This document shows, one piece after another, positions 1 to 13,700 of a stretch of DNA of 64,000 nt (positions within the stretch are counted from its first letter, which is position 1; every line of letters starts with the position of its first letter). This stretch comes from Hormiphora californensis (taxonomy: Eukaryota; Animalia; Ctenophora). The DNA lies in NCBI GenBank assembly GCA_020137815.1, contig CM035355.1, forward strand, positions 124,001 through 188,000. Reading direction: 5' to 3'. Position numbers and translations under genes: made by a program. The notes beneath the pieces are model-generated. The model was not told the origin of the DNA, made no database searches, and worked only from the letters and a program-made list of their open reading frames with translations.

Positions 1-73
1 CCCTTTCAAATTAAGGAAAACGAGTTGTCTGTATACAAACTGTGTCAGTGCGGGATATAAACTGTCATTTTTA

Positions 74-311
74 TTATTTATTATTATTATTATAGAGTCT
101 TAAGTCTTTCAGGGCACTGATCTCTGATTGCAGTTCAATGATCTTGGAATCACGTTCTAATAACACAGCTGTAGCACTGTCAAGGCAGTCACGGGTGTGG
201 TCCAGCTGCTCCATAAGCTTCTCTACCTTCTCTTTCGATTCATCGCTACACACAGAACTATTCTGCTTCGCTCTCGTGTCAGCTGATAACAACTCCTTCC
301 TAGCTAATCGA
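74..311 (-). CDS. Putative terminal exon of minus-strand host gene (coiled-coil: RLARKELLSAD...IIELQSEISALKDL)
   Basis: Pyrimidine-rich acceptor cacttcctctcag|T; phase 2 matches the exon at 6912-7017; heptad-like sequence; stop lies in AATAAA-containing sequence. Confidence 0.55.
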
Positions 312-727
312 CTGAGAGGAAGTGCACGAAACCAGAGCAAACCAGCCATGTCAGAAAGAATTCAAAAATCTCAAAAATATATTTTTCTAAAAAAACACAA
401 GGATATAAATTAATAATGATAATTTGATCATTGCAATAGTTTTCCTGGCGTATAGTTTGAAAGTGTTGCTGGTTATGATCATGGAAACGCGAATTTAACA
501 GCACCCCAGGCCCCGAAAGTTCATGTATCAAAACTTCCGCACGTTTTTTAATTTCTTGTTTGGTTTTTGGATCTAGTTTTAACTTTCATAAAATTGCTTT
601 TCAGCAAAATCTGTGCGTTGTGGATTAAAATGGATGCTTCTATCGTGTTCAACGTTAAAAAATAGCCGGGGTACCAAATTTTGGTGTCTCTTAAGTCCAT
701 TTTTATTCAACTGTTCACCCCTCAACT

Positions 728-1890
728 CTCCAGCGGGGGGAACTCAGGTTCTTCGTGCCAGCTGAGTTCTTCGAGCTCAGTCCCGTTGCCGTGGACCTGG
801 TTGGCTGATGGTCCAGTGATTACGGTCAAATCACCCGGCTATCTCCCCAATCTTGGGGAGTAAACTTTGCCAGAGACCTTGCCGAACTCAACTATGGAAC
901 CGAGCTCTTGCAGTGCGGCTGGTCCCTGCTGGGATTGGTTCGATTGGTTCGGCGGTCGATTGATGAGCGGTTGGTTGACGATTGATATCAGTCGTTGATC
1001 GATCGTTTGTCGGTCGGTCGTCGGACTGAGTTTTAGTGGGGATCCCAGTTGAACTGATAATCTCACCCCAGCCAGTAACCTTGTTACACATGGCAACCCA
1101 TGATTTGTAATCACCGAGGGCCTCCGCCTAGTAGGTAATGCCTACTAGGCATGCCTGATGACCCGTCGGCTGTCTCCCATTTAATTATGGGGTTAAATAG
1201 GGGTTATTCCCCTGGGGAACCTCTGCCCAAATTTTTGCCACATACTACCTTTGCAATATATCTAGAACAATCCTCCTCACTGACAAACAGATCAAGCAAC
1301 ACACTTGATTTGGTAAAATTCTCCAAACTAATAGCCAAAGTAACCTATTCGATTAAACCATCCCTAACTATCCCGACCTGGAACAAGTGGCAAACTATAG
1401 GGCAACGCTACTTATGGGGGAGTTTTCTTCTATAACAACGCAATAAGGGACCCAAGAGTGGTAGGGCAGGTCTGGGCCAAACAAATGGCCACCTCCGCCA
1501 TATGGCAAGTAGTTACCCCGCAAAAGTGCAACCCCTGGGAGATGATTATTTGCCAAATGCTCACCAGAGTTAACATAAGCGTTTTCATGCTTATCTGTGC
1601 TTGCTAAGAAATTAGCTGTCCGGACCCCCAGGTTGCATGCTGATAAGTACTGCTAGCGGTTTTGACCCAAGACCTGAGGTGTGATAAGATATTTCAGCCG
1701 TCACCGATTAGATGGTGAACCCACGGTATTGTTATATCCGGCAACCCACCTACCTCTACAGCTCCTTGGAGCAGTAGTAACCAGAGACCAGTCTGTGTGA
1801 CAGGTAAATTCCATCCATTGCCCTGACAATATAGGTATGTCAGTCTACTATTAGATTCACTGTATCAAATACTCACATATATAATATATT
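728..1890. other. Hairpin-dense non-coding segment ending in an AT-rich tail; possible retroelement UTR
   Basis: Many short inverted repeats (e.g. gcctagtagg/cctactaggc, ctccccaa/ttggggag, ctgac/gtcag); no convincing ORF. Confidence 0.3.
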
Positions 1891-2124
1891 ATATTATATT
1901 AATTTACGCTGCGCGCGCTACACGTTAACATGTGATAAACGCGCAAAACAATTCCACACACGACTTTGGGGGGTGAACAGTTGAAAAAAAATGGAGTATA
2001 CCTTGTCTGTGACGCTAGATATCGACAAATATCAAAAACGACCAAAAATGGAAGAAAGAGAGTTTGTTATCTTTGGTTGCTTTAGTTAGTTGTGTGCACG
2101 CAACCAAGTGTAACATTTTTGATA

Positions 2125-2970
2125 ACTAGCGCACCCGTTCGGTGCGCCTCAAGTAAGTGGTTTTTGATAACCCACCCGGCTTCGCCGGGTGGTTCTTTTC
2201 GCCCCTTTCAACGTCAATAACACGGTTGCCATGACAACTGAATTGGTAACTATGGGGTCTGGCATGTTAAAAGTCATTCAAAAATATTAACAAATTTCCA
2301 CTGGAAGTTTCAAAAGTGTAAATATCAGCTTTACAGCTTTGGGCGCATAAAGTGTTTTATGAAGGAGCAGTCTGTCGCTTAGATACCGCTTAACGAACGA
2401 CCATCACTTCGACGACGTTCATCTCCAAATTATAATAGAGACTAGCGCACCCATTGGGTGCGCCCCAAGTGAGGGCTTTTTCATAACCCACACGGCTTTG
2501 CCGTGTGGTTGTTTTTGCCACTTTTAACAGAAATAACACGGTTGCCATGGCAACTGAAGTGGTAACTATGGGGACTGAATTGTTAAAACTCATTCGAAAA
2601 TAATAAGAAACTTCCACTGGAAGTTCCAAAAGTGTGAGCAACAGCTTAAGTTCAGCTTTGGTCGCATAAAATGTTTTATGAAGGAGCACCCATTCCTACT
2701 AGGCTATTATTTGTGGTTTTTTGATCTTTGATGTCGAATTTTTCAAAAAACCTACTTGGGATTAGATTTATTCTTTTTCTAATCGACTAAGCTAATCCTG
2801 AGCTTTCGAAAACACACCCTATTGATATAGATCTGATGAAAAAACTTCATCTCCATTTGGTGCGCCTCAAGTAAGGGCTTTTTAATAACCCACCCGGCTT
2901 CGCCGGGTGGTTCTTTTCGCCCTTTCAACGTCAATAACACGGTTGCCATGGCAACTGAATTGGTAACTAT
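2125..2970 (-). mobile_element. Tandem Helitron-like 3' end units (about 3 copies)
   Basis: Units at ~2125, ~2441 and ~2858 (third lacks the CTAG end) with GC hairpins cccggcttcgccggg and gcgcaccgaacgggtgcgc followed by CTAG|T on the minus strand. Confidence 0.45.
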
Positions 2971-4054
2971 GCACGGTGTCCCTTAAGGAGGTGAAACCTC
3001 GACTAGCTATACTTTTTTGGAGACCGGACCTAGGTTACGTATTTTTGACCGAGGAATCCGAAAAACATAAAATTAAAATCGGAAACGTAGCCGTTTTTGC
3101 GTAAAACGGCAAAAACTGTCATTTTTCAGCGATTTTCGACTTTTTACGCTTTCTAGAGATTTAAAAAATATTTCCTTACAAGGCTATAGCGTGACTCCCC
3201 ATCAACTGTTTGACTTGAAATTTGGAATGTATAGCCGGCTTGGGGTCTTTGACTCAAGTTTATAATTTCAAGTCTCTATCTCATCTGGAACCGAAGTTAC
3301 AGATAGGTCCCGTTTGCTGAAGATTCAGTGTAACGGACACGTAAAGAAGAGACGCTTTTCTGAGCCCAGTTCTGAACAAAGGGAAAGAGATAGAGACTTC
3401 TCGTTTTCACTAACATGTAGATCTACTCGATTATTGTGTCATTAGCTGGTCAGCTTTTCCGTCATCCCCAGGAACGTCCTACAGAACGTCTTTAAAGTCG
3501 TCTTTTTTCAGACTCTGACCAAAATTCTTTGAGCTCAATTTACACCCTAAAAGCGGATTCAAATCGAAATACGAAGACTATATCGTAGAAAGAGAATTGT
3601 CTGAACTTCCAGAAGTTATAAGGCGAATTTTCAAAACTAGATGTATAAGGGTCTTAAAACGTGTCTTAAGTGTTATGACTGTTTCAAAATAGATATGACG
3701 ATATGGGCTTTTCGCTATAGCGGACTCATATCTCATCCAATCAATCTAAAACTTGGTCAGTATCTTCATGTAGGTCATCCCGATGATATTACGTCATCAT
3801 TATGATGTCGTGACGTCGCGTTATGACGTCAAAAATGAAAACTTTGCAATTTCGTGATTCTAATCTCTCCGTACATATTCTACCACATCTACACGGATAA
3901 AAAATCCCAAAAATGATGCAAATTATACCAAAACTAATCAAAATTAGTGGGTCGGAAAGGTTGCTCTATTATTTGAGCTACCATTGGCAGCAGTACATTC
4001 CCTTGTGAAGATAGACGAAGCTTCTGTACCATGTCTGTACCCTGTGAATGTTAA

Positions 4055-4523
4055 AGTGAGAGTGGACCGAATCAGAATCAGACAAGTTTGTTGTAGGTAG
4101 TAGAGATTAGCTTTCTGAGCATTTTGCGTTTTTGCCGCTCAAAATCGACCCACCCACCACTGAGATATTTTTGTTATGTTGGGAGAACTCCTGTTTAATC
4201 AGTATGTATAAAACAGAAAAGAAACAATCGTGGTGTTTTACTAACACATTCTGAATATAAGCAGTGAGGTTGACATGTCCATGCACAGAAGCAGGGCAAT
4301 GCAAGCCAGCATATTCAAGATTTAAAGAATGTGTTAGTAAAACACAAGGATTGTTTCTATCCTGTTCGATATATCTTGATCCAGCAGGAATTCTCCCAAC
4401 ATAACAAAGATATCTCAGTGATGGGTGGGTCGATTTTGAGCGGCAAAAACGCAAAATGCTCAGAAAGCTAATCTCTACTACCTACAACAATTTTATCCAA
4501 TTCTGATTCGGTCCACTCTCACT
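4055..4523. mobile_element. MITE with TTAA TSD and AG...CT ends (Kolobok-like)
   Basis: ttaa|agtgagagtggaccgaatcagaat ... attctgattcggtccactctcact|ttaa; long TIRs; further copies at 27208 and 41339. Confidence 0.8.
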
Positions 4524-4596
4524 TTAAGGTGGCAAAGGTAGCTCAAATAATATAGTGGAAGCTCTTACGGTTTTTCCCAGGCGCACGGCGCGTGTG

Positions 4597-4685
4597 CGGC
4601 TCAAATACTGAGCTGTGATTGGCTGAAATTTCGAGCGCACGAACTTTCAGCCAATCAGAGCGCAGTATTTGAGCCGCACACGTGA
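4597..4685. repeat. ~85 bp palindrome with opposed CCAAT motifs
   Basis: gcggctcaaatactg...tgattggctgaaa mirrors tttcagccaatca...cagtatttgagccgc. Confidence 0.6.
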
Positions 4686-5521
4686 ATAGTATTCACTGAA
4701 TACTGCACACGGTGCATGTTGTTGGTTGTTTGTTATGTGTTCCTGTAGTGTTTTGCCATCTACTGCTTCGGCCCCGATGAATACCAAAGCGTTTCTACCT
4801 ACGTACCCCCGTTAACTACTCTACACAGCTACAATTCTACGGATGTTTATCACCTAATTCGACAGTTGACACGTTTTTTTGCTTCCTCTGTGCGGCATAT
4901 TCCCCTTTCTTGGTAATAGACCATCTCTGTTGGTGTTACACTAGAAAGTAACAGCTCTCAACGCTAACCCTTGTTTGACCCCAGTTTTTCTCAAATCGGC
5001 ACTGTCTGACTCACTTAATCACTAGTGTATGTTAACAATCTCGATAACATGCAGAGCAGTTTTGTCAAACAAAGTTAATGTCGTGGTTTCGGGTACGGCC
5101 TCTAGACTGCGCCGTAGGGCACCTGTGATGGGTTTCAGACAGACTGACGAACTGGAGGGGGTAGCAAACAGGGAAAGGTGCCCCGCCTAGCCGAGAACCT
5201 CTGGAGCGAGATCTCGGTAGGAGGGAAAGGTAGGGGGTTGGGGATGGGAGGGGATGGAACTAAGGGAGGGGAGAGGTTGTGCTAGTTCCCAGTTGTTAGA
5301 CATTTATAAACAATCTTATGTCTATATTGTCCTACAACCCGGAACTGATGCAGGGATAAAACAGGGGTGAAATGATATTGAGTGACATTGATCGTGAGGG
5401 CAAAGGTTAATACTATGGCATGGGGTGAGTGCGTGATGCCGCTAGGTCCAAATTTTACATGAGATACTGTTCTAGTGAATGGGTAGGAAGATTCAGATTC
5501 GCCCAATCTCTAACCAGCCAA

Positions 5522-6427
5522 TCTATAGTAGTCAGTCGCCCATTGCCCAACCAGGTGATAATGTGGTATGTGGGAAAAAGAGAGTGGAGCTACTGATATA
5601 ATCAGAAAAACGAGAGGGAGAGAGAGGGGAGTGAGACGAGAGACAGAGGAAGGGATAGACACAGGAAGACTAGACAGGGTAGGGGGATGAAATAAGCTAC
5701 ACCAGACCCGCTAATTGGGACCCTATCAAAAGAAGAATAAGGGAGATCACCCGGAGAACTACATAGGGAAAGAAGGGGAAGAGAAGAGAAACGTGAGACC
5801 AGGAAGGGCAATTAACACCGGAAAAGGTTCTGAACCAGATAGAGATGAAATACAAGACTAATAGGATCCCAGAGAGAGGGAGAGAGAGAGAGAGAGAAGG
5901 AGTAGGGGGAGCGGTTAGAAATGAAAGAGAGAACTGAGAAGGAGAGACGGGGAAGGAGAGAAAAGGAAGAAGGGGAAGATAATGGAATAGGGTGCACTGA
6001 AAAATGAAGAGGTGACTTGTGCAATTTGGAAGAGCATTACCGAGATCCAGATACCTGAAGAATGATAGTTGTGGTAGAGTGAGCGAGTGAACTCACCGCT
6101 CCTTATCGGGAGCATGCCCTGCAAATGAACTCCCTAGCAATAACAGGACCTGGGCGAGTGGGAGAAGACGAACAACCCCATCCAACCCCAACCATCCCTA
6201 AACTAGCCCCTCGCTGCCTCCCCCAAAAAACAGGAACCCCCGCCGAATTCTCCCTTATTAGGGAGAACAGAAAACAGCCCTGACCCCGGGAAGAACGACC
6301 CTATCTAGGGGAACAGAGCCCCTGAACCACCCCTCTCATCCCACAGAAAACTCTGCCGGGTCCTGGAGTGAGTGCATGGTCTTACCCTTTCAAGCGGCTC
6401 TCTTCTGATCACCAACGGGCTTTCTAG
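5522..6427 (+). mobile_element. Probable non-autonomous Helitron
   Basis: Ends gggctttCTAG|T like the 44361-44799 family; 5' A|TCTATAG boundary uncertain. Confidence 0.4.
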
Positions 6428-6680
6428 TACTATATATATATATACCGTAGCAATGGTCCTGATGGTACTCCCCGTTTTGTGAAAATACACGGCGCACAAC
6501 TCTTACTTTAAAGATTTTTGCTCTCGCAATTGTAAAAGCCAGTAAGTCAGCAAAAATACACACAGACACCCAATAGACAGAAAGAAACACGAAACAGTTT
6601 TTGAAAGCTTGACTTACTGTGTTCTACCCGAAAACTAACTTGCCCCCTTTTACGATGTTCTGTGTGTTATTATGATTATA

Positions 6681-6852
6681 CAGTCGGACCCCGATTTAAC
6701 GGCACCCTCGGGGGAAAGGGTTTTGTCCGTTAAATCGGGGTGTCCGCTAAATCGGGGTCAAATATGGTTGATTTTCTATATCGGGGGAAGATTATGCTGC
6801 CGTTAAATCGGGGTGCCGCTAAATCGGGGGCCGTTAAATCGGGGTCCGACTG
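6681..6852. mobile_element. Pogo/Tigger-like MITE, TA TSD
   Basis: ta|cagtcggacccc ... ggggtccgactg|ta; empty site in the duplicate at ~15742. Confidence 0.85.
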
Positions 6853-6911
6853 TACTAGCAAGTAGCAACAGATCTCTGATTTTACTTAAAACTTGTCTAG
6901 CAATTGTTTAC

Positions 6912-7017
6912 CTTGATAAGGATTCTCCTCGCATTTGATCGTCACACTCACAGTCACTGATATTGCTGCATAGGTCCACTTTTTGAAATGGCTCATTGAG
7001 CTGCGAATTTTTGGAAC
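6912..7017 (-). CDS. Internal exon (106 nt, phase 1-2): GSKNSQLNEPFQKVDLCSNISDCECDDQMRGESLS
   Basis: tctttgcag| acceptor, AAG|gtaaac donor, open frame, phase-compatible with neighbouring exons. Confidence 0.65.
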
Positions 7018-7274
7018 CTGCAAAGAACAATTGGGGCTTTCAAATTTCGACGCAATAAATTAATGACAATGCGTTAGGGAATTGGGAGAAGGGGCGTCGT
7101 CGGTGTGTAAGTTGTAACCTTTTAGATCCACTTCCGAGTGTAGGCCGTAGGGGGACAAAGTACTAAACAAGGTATTTCAGGGTGGTGGGAGCTAACAGTC
7201 ACCAAAAACGTAATGGTTGGGAATAGGACAGAAGTGAAATAGGAACAAGAAAAACTGGACCAAAATGCAGCATT

Positions 7275-8610
7275 TAATCTATGAGGCTGCGATCTTAAAC
7301 ATCCTGCTGTATGGGAGTGGGACCTGGAACACTACTACCAAGGCGCAGACGCACCGTTCGGAGGTTTTCCACCAGACCTGTCTCCGCTGTATCCTCAAGA
7401 TAAGATGGTAGGGGGGACATGTTAATTTTGTTAACTTTGTTAATATTAACATCGAGAAAACAGGTGATTTATTAACAAAATTAACAAAAAGTTAACAAAC
7501 GTTAACAAATGCCATTTATGCCATCTAAATCCCCTTCAGCACGTATTTTTAGTATTTAACACTTGTTCTGCGAGCAAAGTTGTTCATTCTGTACAATTTA
7601 CATACCCCTACTACCTCTACTACGGCTCTACTACATTTTGTAAATGTTAATAAATACTAGCCAAACTAAACCGTAATTGGCAGGTGCACAGTTGAAGTCA
7701 ATTGAAGTCAAATGACCCTAATCCACATTTTAGCACCCTAAAAACTTAATAAGACTCATGAATTTACCTTAAAACGAAAAATATCCCAAAAATCAATTTT
7801 TCTAAAAAACACAAGGATTTGTAGCGAAGCAAATTTTCAATCCTTGACCAAAAAATTGATTTTGGGAAAATTTTATTTATTTTTTCAACAGAAACGTTGT
7901 ACATCATCTTATTAAGTCCAAAGAATCGATTACCAATTTAAAAATTACGTTTAAGTGAGATTTTATACGCTAAATTGAAAAATTTGTAACTTTTGGAATT
8001 TTATCGATTTTGAGCCAAAAAACCTGTATGTCGGACTTTGGTTATCGTAAAAGGCTTTGTTTGGGTATATATATATATATAGATAATTCATTAAACTAAA
8101 AAATTAAACCAGTTAAAGTCGTATTATCAACCAATAAGAACAGTCTTTTAGCATTTGTTAATTAACGTTAATTAACATAATCGAAAAAAGAGGTGATTTA
8201 TTAACAATTAACATGTCCCCCCCCCAGATGGTACAACAAAGTGAGCTATGTCAAGGTCTTGAAGAGAGCAGGAATCAGTACAGTGCAGGGATACATTTCC
8301 TCGAACCGGCTACGGTGGTTTGGTCATGTGTCCAGGATACCAGAACATCGGATTCCGAAGATCTTCATGAACTGGGTCCCTAGACACGGGAAGAGATCTA
8401 GAGGACGACCTAGGAAGACCTGGCTGCAGTGTGTCCGTGAGGATGCCTGTGCTGTTTCAGGAGTCGATGTGACCAAAGAGGACTGGATGGGGAAAGCACA
8501 AGATCGAGACGAGTGGCGGTGATTTTCAAGAAGAGCGAAATATTCCGACGCAGGCCACTCTAACGACTGATCAGGAGACCCCTTCAAGTACAAGTAAGTA
8601 AGTAAGTATA
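7275..8610 (+). mobile_element. 5'-truncated RTE-clade LINE fragment split by a DNA element
   Basis: Rejoined translation ILLYGSGTW...CLRCILKIRWYNKVSYVKVLKRAG...RLRWFGHV...RSRGRPRKTW; (TAAG)n tail. Confidence 0.85.
7411..8225. mobile_element. Non-autonomous TIR element, G-run termini, 8-bp TSD
   Basis: agatggta|ggggggacatgttaatt ... aattaacatgtccccc|agatggta. Confidence 0.85.
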
Positions 8611-9329
8611 TTTGGGAATTGGGACATGAAAGGAATTAAAATTATAACTTCCAAAAATCATTTCAAAATGTATTACCAAATATTTCTATCACCAATGTAC
8701 TACTAAAGGTCCCATCTATCGATTCCATTCAATGTTCATAAATGTTCAGTGGTGATGGCCTGATTTTGGGTGGGTTCGATACCTTTTTTGTACATTTTTC
8801 TAGCCTAGAACAAAAACTAAAAATCATATTGCAAAAAGAGTAGAGAAGAAACCGAAGGCACTAAAGTGTATAGCGCTCTTAAATAATTAGTGGGGGTAGA
8901 CGCCAAAATTAATTCTCTAATTTATTATCTAAGTTATCTAAGTTAAATGTGATTGGTTAATTTACCACATTTTTGTACGAAACGGGTATGCCGGTATACA
9001 TATATATGCTTCATGTGGTAAGTATAAGGTTTTTAGGTTTTATTCGTTACACAGATATCGCAGATCAAAATAGTTTGCACTAAAGTGATTTTCTCATCAA
9101 TACGCATATCATCGATCGAGTACCTACAGCACGTTGTTTGGCCACTATGATCTAATTTTGGCACGTACCCCCACTAACTCGAGGCCGGTAATGATTTTGT
9201 ACCCATACATGTTTTTGTCCCTTTTTACAAACATTTTTGATTTGTGAAAATAGGTAAAAAAACACAGTGTCAGGGTGTGGCCCAAAATTTTTTGAAAAGT
9301 TATTTAATAATTTTAAAAACTTTCTAAAC

Positions 9330-9900
9330 ATCATGAATCGGCGCATAAATATGCAAATAACGGCTAAACGGTGCGAGATATGACTTTTTGTCCCGGGGAC
9401 GACCCCCATAAATCGACTATTCTGCGTCGAAATATGTTCATGAAAACTTTCTAGGACCAGCTGAAGTGGAAATATTCAGAATATGCATTAAATCATGAAT
9501 AGGTGCATAAATATGCAAATAACGGCTAAACGGTGCGAGATACGACTTTTTGTCCGACGGACGACCCCCCATAAATCCACTATTTTGCGTCGAAATACGT
9601 CTATGAAAACGTTCTAGGATCAACTCAAGTGGAAATATTCAGAATATGCATTAAATCATGAATCGGTGCATAAATATGCAAATAACGGCTAAACGGTGCG
9701 AGATACGACTTTTTGTCCGGGGGTTTACCCCCCATAAATCGACTATTCTGCGTTGAAATATGTCCATGAAAACTTTCTAGGGCCAGCTAAAGTGGAAATA
9801 TTCAAAATATGCTTTGAATCATGAATCGGCGCATAAACATGCAAATAACGGCTAAACGATGCGAGATACGACTTCTTGTCCCGGGGACGACCCCCCACAA
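9330..9900 (+). repeat. ~162 bp tandem repeat array (probably internal to a Helentron/DINE-like element)
   Basis: Recurring atcatgaatcggtgcataaatatgcaaataacggctaaacggtgcgagatac; also 18185-18745 and 53810-54385. Confidence 0.75.
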
Positions 9901-10749
9901 ATTGACTGTTTTCTGTCCAATGTGACCAATGAAAAGCCGCTATTATAAGTAGAATTTGAGATATTCAGATATGCATATTGTCATAATTATGTGCATGTAA
10001 CTCCTTAACGGTAAAAGTTTGAGAAAATTGTCCCGAGTTAGACCCCCCCCATAAATCGAATATTTTGCGTCGGTTAGAACAGTTGATTTCTCTATAGTAT
10101 GAGTCATTACCGAGATATTCATAAATTCATACATAAATTATGCATAATTAATGACTTAATGATCTCCAATCAAGATGCCACATACTTTATGACACACAGA
10201 ATAGCTAGAGTAACCTAGGTTTAAAATTTCAGGGCTCTAGCTTTAGCCGTTTTTCCAGGCGAATGTTTGCAAAATGGTCGTGCCTTGTATGTAAGTATGT
10301 ACATATAGTGTCTACACAGGGTGTGTTTGGGACCCCCCTCGTAACTTTTGAACGAAACGACTGATCCACTTGAAATTTATATCACTAACAGAAATGGTAG
10401 AGGTACCTATAACTACAAAATTTTAGCTCGCTAGCTTATCGGGAACATGGTCAAACAGGCGCTCAAAAAGGGCGTTTGTCGCATCCGTATGGTATACAGC
10501 ACTGGCCCCCACGCCCCAAACTACTATGTCCCTCACTCGGGTTTTGTGAAATTTCCCACGGTCATAACTCCACTCCCTGATGAGATAGAGACGTGAAATT
10601 TGTTCTCCCTACAAAACAAATTTCAACTCTCTATCTTATCAGGGGGTGGAGCTATGACCGTCTAAAATCCGGTTGCGCGCAGCAAGGGACATAGTAGTTT
10701 GGGGGGGACCTTTAGAGGGGGGGGAATGAACTTATCACGCCGGACTTAT

Positions 10750-13700
10750 AGTGGGAGACACTAGCGTGGTACGCGCAAAAATATGCGTGTCACACCGATT
10801 TCGTTTTTCAAAAAACAAGCAAGAAAAAGTTTTTCAACATCGACTGTGGTGGGAGAAATGGCTCACCCTAGAACAATTACAAAAAAATGCATATAATAAC
10901 CTGTAAATCACGATTCTACACCTACCACTTGTAATACGTTTCTCGCTTGTTACTCTTGTCATTTTGGTCTGGAATTGGCATCTCATTTCCCCTTTCTAAC
11001 TCTACTAATTCACTTTATTCACTTCACAATCCCTTCTGAATGTTCCCCCCAGCAGTCCCTAGCAATTATCAGAGTGATTACGTCTCGTTGTTTTGTCCCG
11101 TCCCCTCTCTTCAGATCAAATCTCACACTTAGCACTCTTCTCTATTCTCTCCCTACCTCCCACCCCCTCCGCCCCGCCCCCTTCACCCCCGCCCCACCTC
11201 CCCCACCCCTGCCCTTCCCAATTTAGAGCACTTTGTTACACAGGCCACTACAGCGACAATCCTTGTGTTTTGGTGCACTAAGTCGCTTATCGCGTGTAAC
11301 AGTTATCAATGGTCTTATCTATATTATCCGACTTGTCTTCTAGAACATTTTACACTCTACGTTGGTACTGCCCCACGCCTTATTTGTGTTTGATCGTCTT
11401 TTATCTTTACCTGTAATTGAAAGGAATACACCTCTCACCTCATCACCAACAACATCACGGTATCAATCATATATCAAATACTGTAACTTCATCTGTCTGT
11501 ATTGACTGTTCATTCATTGTGTACAATTGTTATTGATAATGTTACCGGATTTAACCTTACGAACCAATTATTTAATTAGATCTACTATAGACAGACTACC
11601 CCAGACCCAAGCTTGAGAAGTGTCCACTCGACGGACCGTCGTCGTAACAAACAAACGAACAGGCTTACTTGCACAGCCACCCAAGCTTGAAAATTTGCCC
11701 CCTAACTTGTCATGTTGCTTATTCGCAAGATAACTGCAAATGTCCTCACGGGGCGGAGATGCGAAGAGTTTAACCGTGGGGGCTGCGTAAGTGTCTGGCA
11801 AGTACAATGACTGACTGACATTAAGAATGCCATGATATTAACTGACCACAACACGATGACAGACGCTATGACGAGGTTGCAATGTCGTTCTGCCCTAACG
11901 GGCAGAGTTTGGCACGCTATAACCTATCTGTACCACCACCACCACCACCACCTGTAAATCACTTGTAATTCGAAGTTCAAACTAGTTTTGAAACTAGTTT
12001 TGAAATTTTTTTAGAAAAATTTTAGTTTTGAAATAGCTTTTGAAATAGCTTTTGAAATAGCTTTGGACGGGTGGTAGAAACGGCTCATGTGGCTCATTTG
12101 GCAGCTGCACGATCATTATGAACACAAGGACATTCATATAAAAGCGAAAACCAGTGTACCCGACTAATTTTAATACGCCGAATCACGTGAGCAACTCTGG
12201 AAAGCGCTCAGATGCGAAGAAAGTGCCCTAATTGAGCATAATTGGGTGTAATTGACCGGACTTACAACTTTTCTCCTGAAAATGATGATGAAGTTAATGT
12301 GAGGGCACTTTTCCGACTAACTTTGATACGCTGAATCACAGAAGCAACTTTTTTAAGCCCTAAGAGGCGGGAAAATTGCCCTAATTGAGTCTGATTAGGT
12401 CTAATTGACCATAATTGCTCAATTAGGACACTTTCTTCACCTCTGAGGGCTTGGAAAAGTTGTTTGCGTGATTCAGCGTATCAAAGTTAGTCGGAAAAGT
12501 GCCCTCACATTAACTTCTAGCGTTTTCAGGAGAAAAGTTGTAAGTCCGATCAAATACACCCAATTAGGCTCAATTAGGGCACTTTGTCACATCTGAGCGC
12601 TTGCCAGAGTTGCTCACGTGATTTAGCGTATTAAAATTAGTCGGGTACACTGGTTTTCGAAGTAGTTTTGAAACAGCTTCGGACCGGGTGGTAGAAACGG
12701 CTCATGTGGCTCATCTGGCAGCTGCACGATCATTATGAATACAAGGACATTCATATAAAAGCGAAAACCAGTGTACCCGACTAATTTTAATACGCCGAAT
12801 CACATGAGCAATTCTGGCAAGCGCTCAGATGTGAAGAAAGTGCCCTAATTGAGCATAATTGGGTGTAATTGACCGGACTTCCAACTTTTCTCCTGAAAAC
12901 GCTAGAAGTTAATGTGAGGGCACTTTTCCGACTAACTTTGATACGCTGAATCACGTAAACAACTTTTCCAAGGTGAAGAAAGTGTCCTAATTGAGCAATT
13001 ATGGTCAATTAGACCTAATCAGACTCAATTAGGACACTTTCTTCACCTCTGAGGGCTTGGAAAAGTTGTTTACGTGATTCAGCGTATCAAAGTTAGTCGG
13101 AAAAGTGCCCTCACATTAACTTTATCATCATTTTCAGGAGAAAAGTTGTAAGTCCGGTCAATTACACCCAATTATGCTCAATTAGAGCACTTTCTTCACA
13201 TCTGAGCGCTTGCCAGAGTTGCTCACGTGATTCAGCGTATTAAAATTAGTCGGGTACACTGGTTTTCGCTTTTATATGAATGTCCTTGTGTTCATAATGA
13301 TCGTACAGCTGCCAAATGAGCCACATGAGCCGTTTCTACCTCCCGTCCAAAGCTATTTCAAAAGCTATTTCAAAAGCTATTTCAAAAGCTATTTCAAAAG
13401 CTATTTCAAAACTAAAATTTTTATAAAAAAATTTTAAACCTATTTCAAAACTAGTTTCAAAACTAGTTTGAACTTCGCATTACAAGTGATTTACAGGTTA
13501 TTATGCATTTTTGTAATTGTTCTAGGGTGAGCCATTTCTCCCACCACAATCGACTTTTCACGTTTTGGCTCACCGGAGATATGATTGCCGAAGGAAACTT
13601 ACGCGGTTATGATCATAAATGATCATATCTCCGGTTCCTGATGAGCTACAGAAATCGTTTGCATACTGTTGGAAAGGGAATTTCAAGCCCCATCGAATGG

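Noticed and set aside
1150-1185. Hammerhead ribozyme (CTGATGA)
   Set aside because: No GAAA core after a stem II
9330-9900. CRISPR-like array
   Set aside because: Whole ~162 bp units repeat with no unique spacers; eukaryotic context
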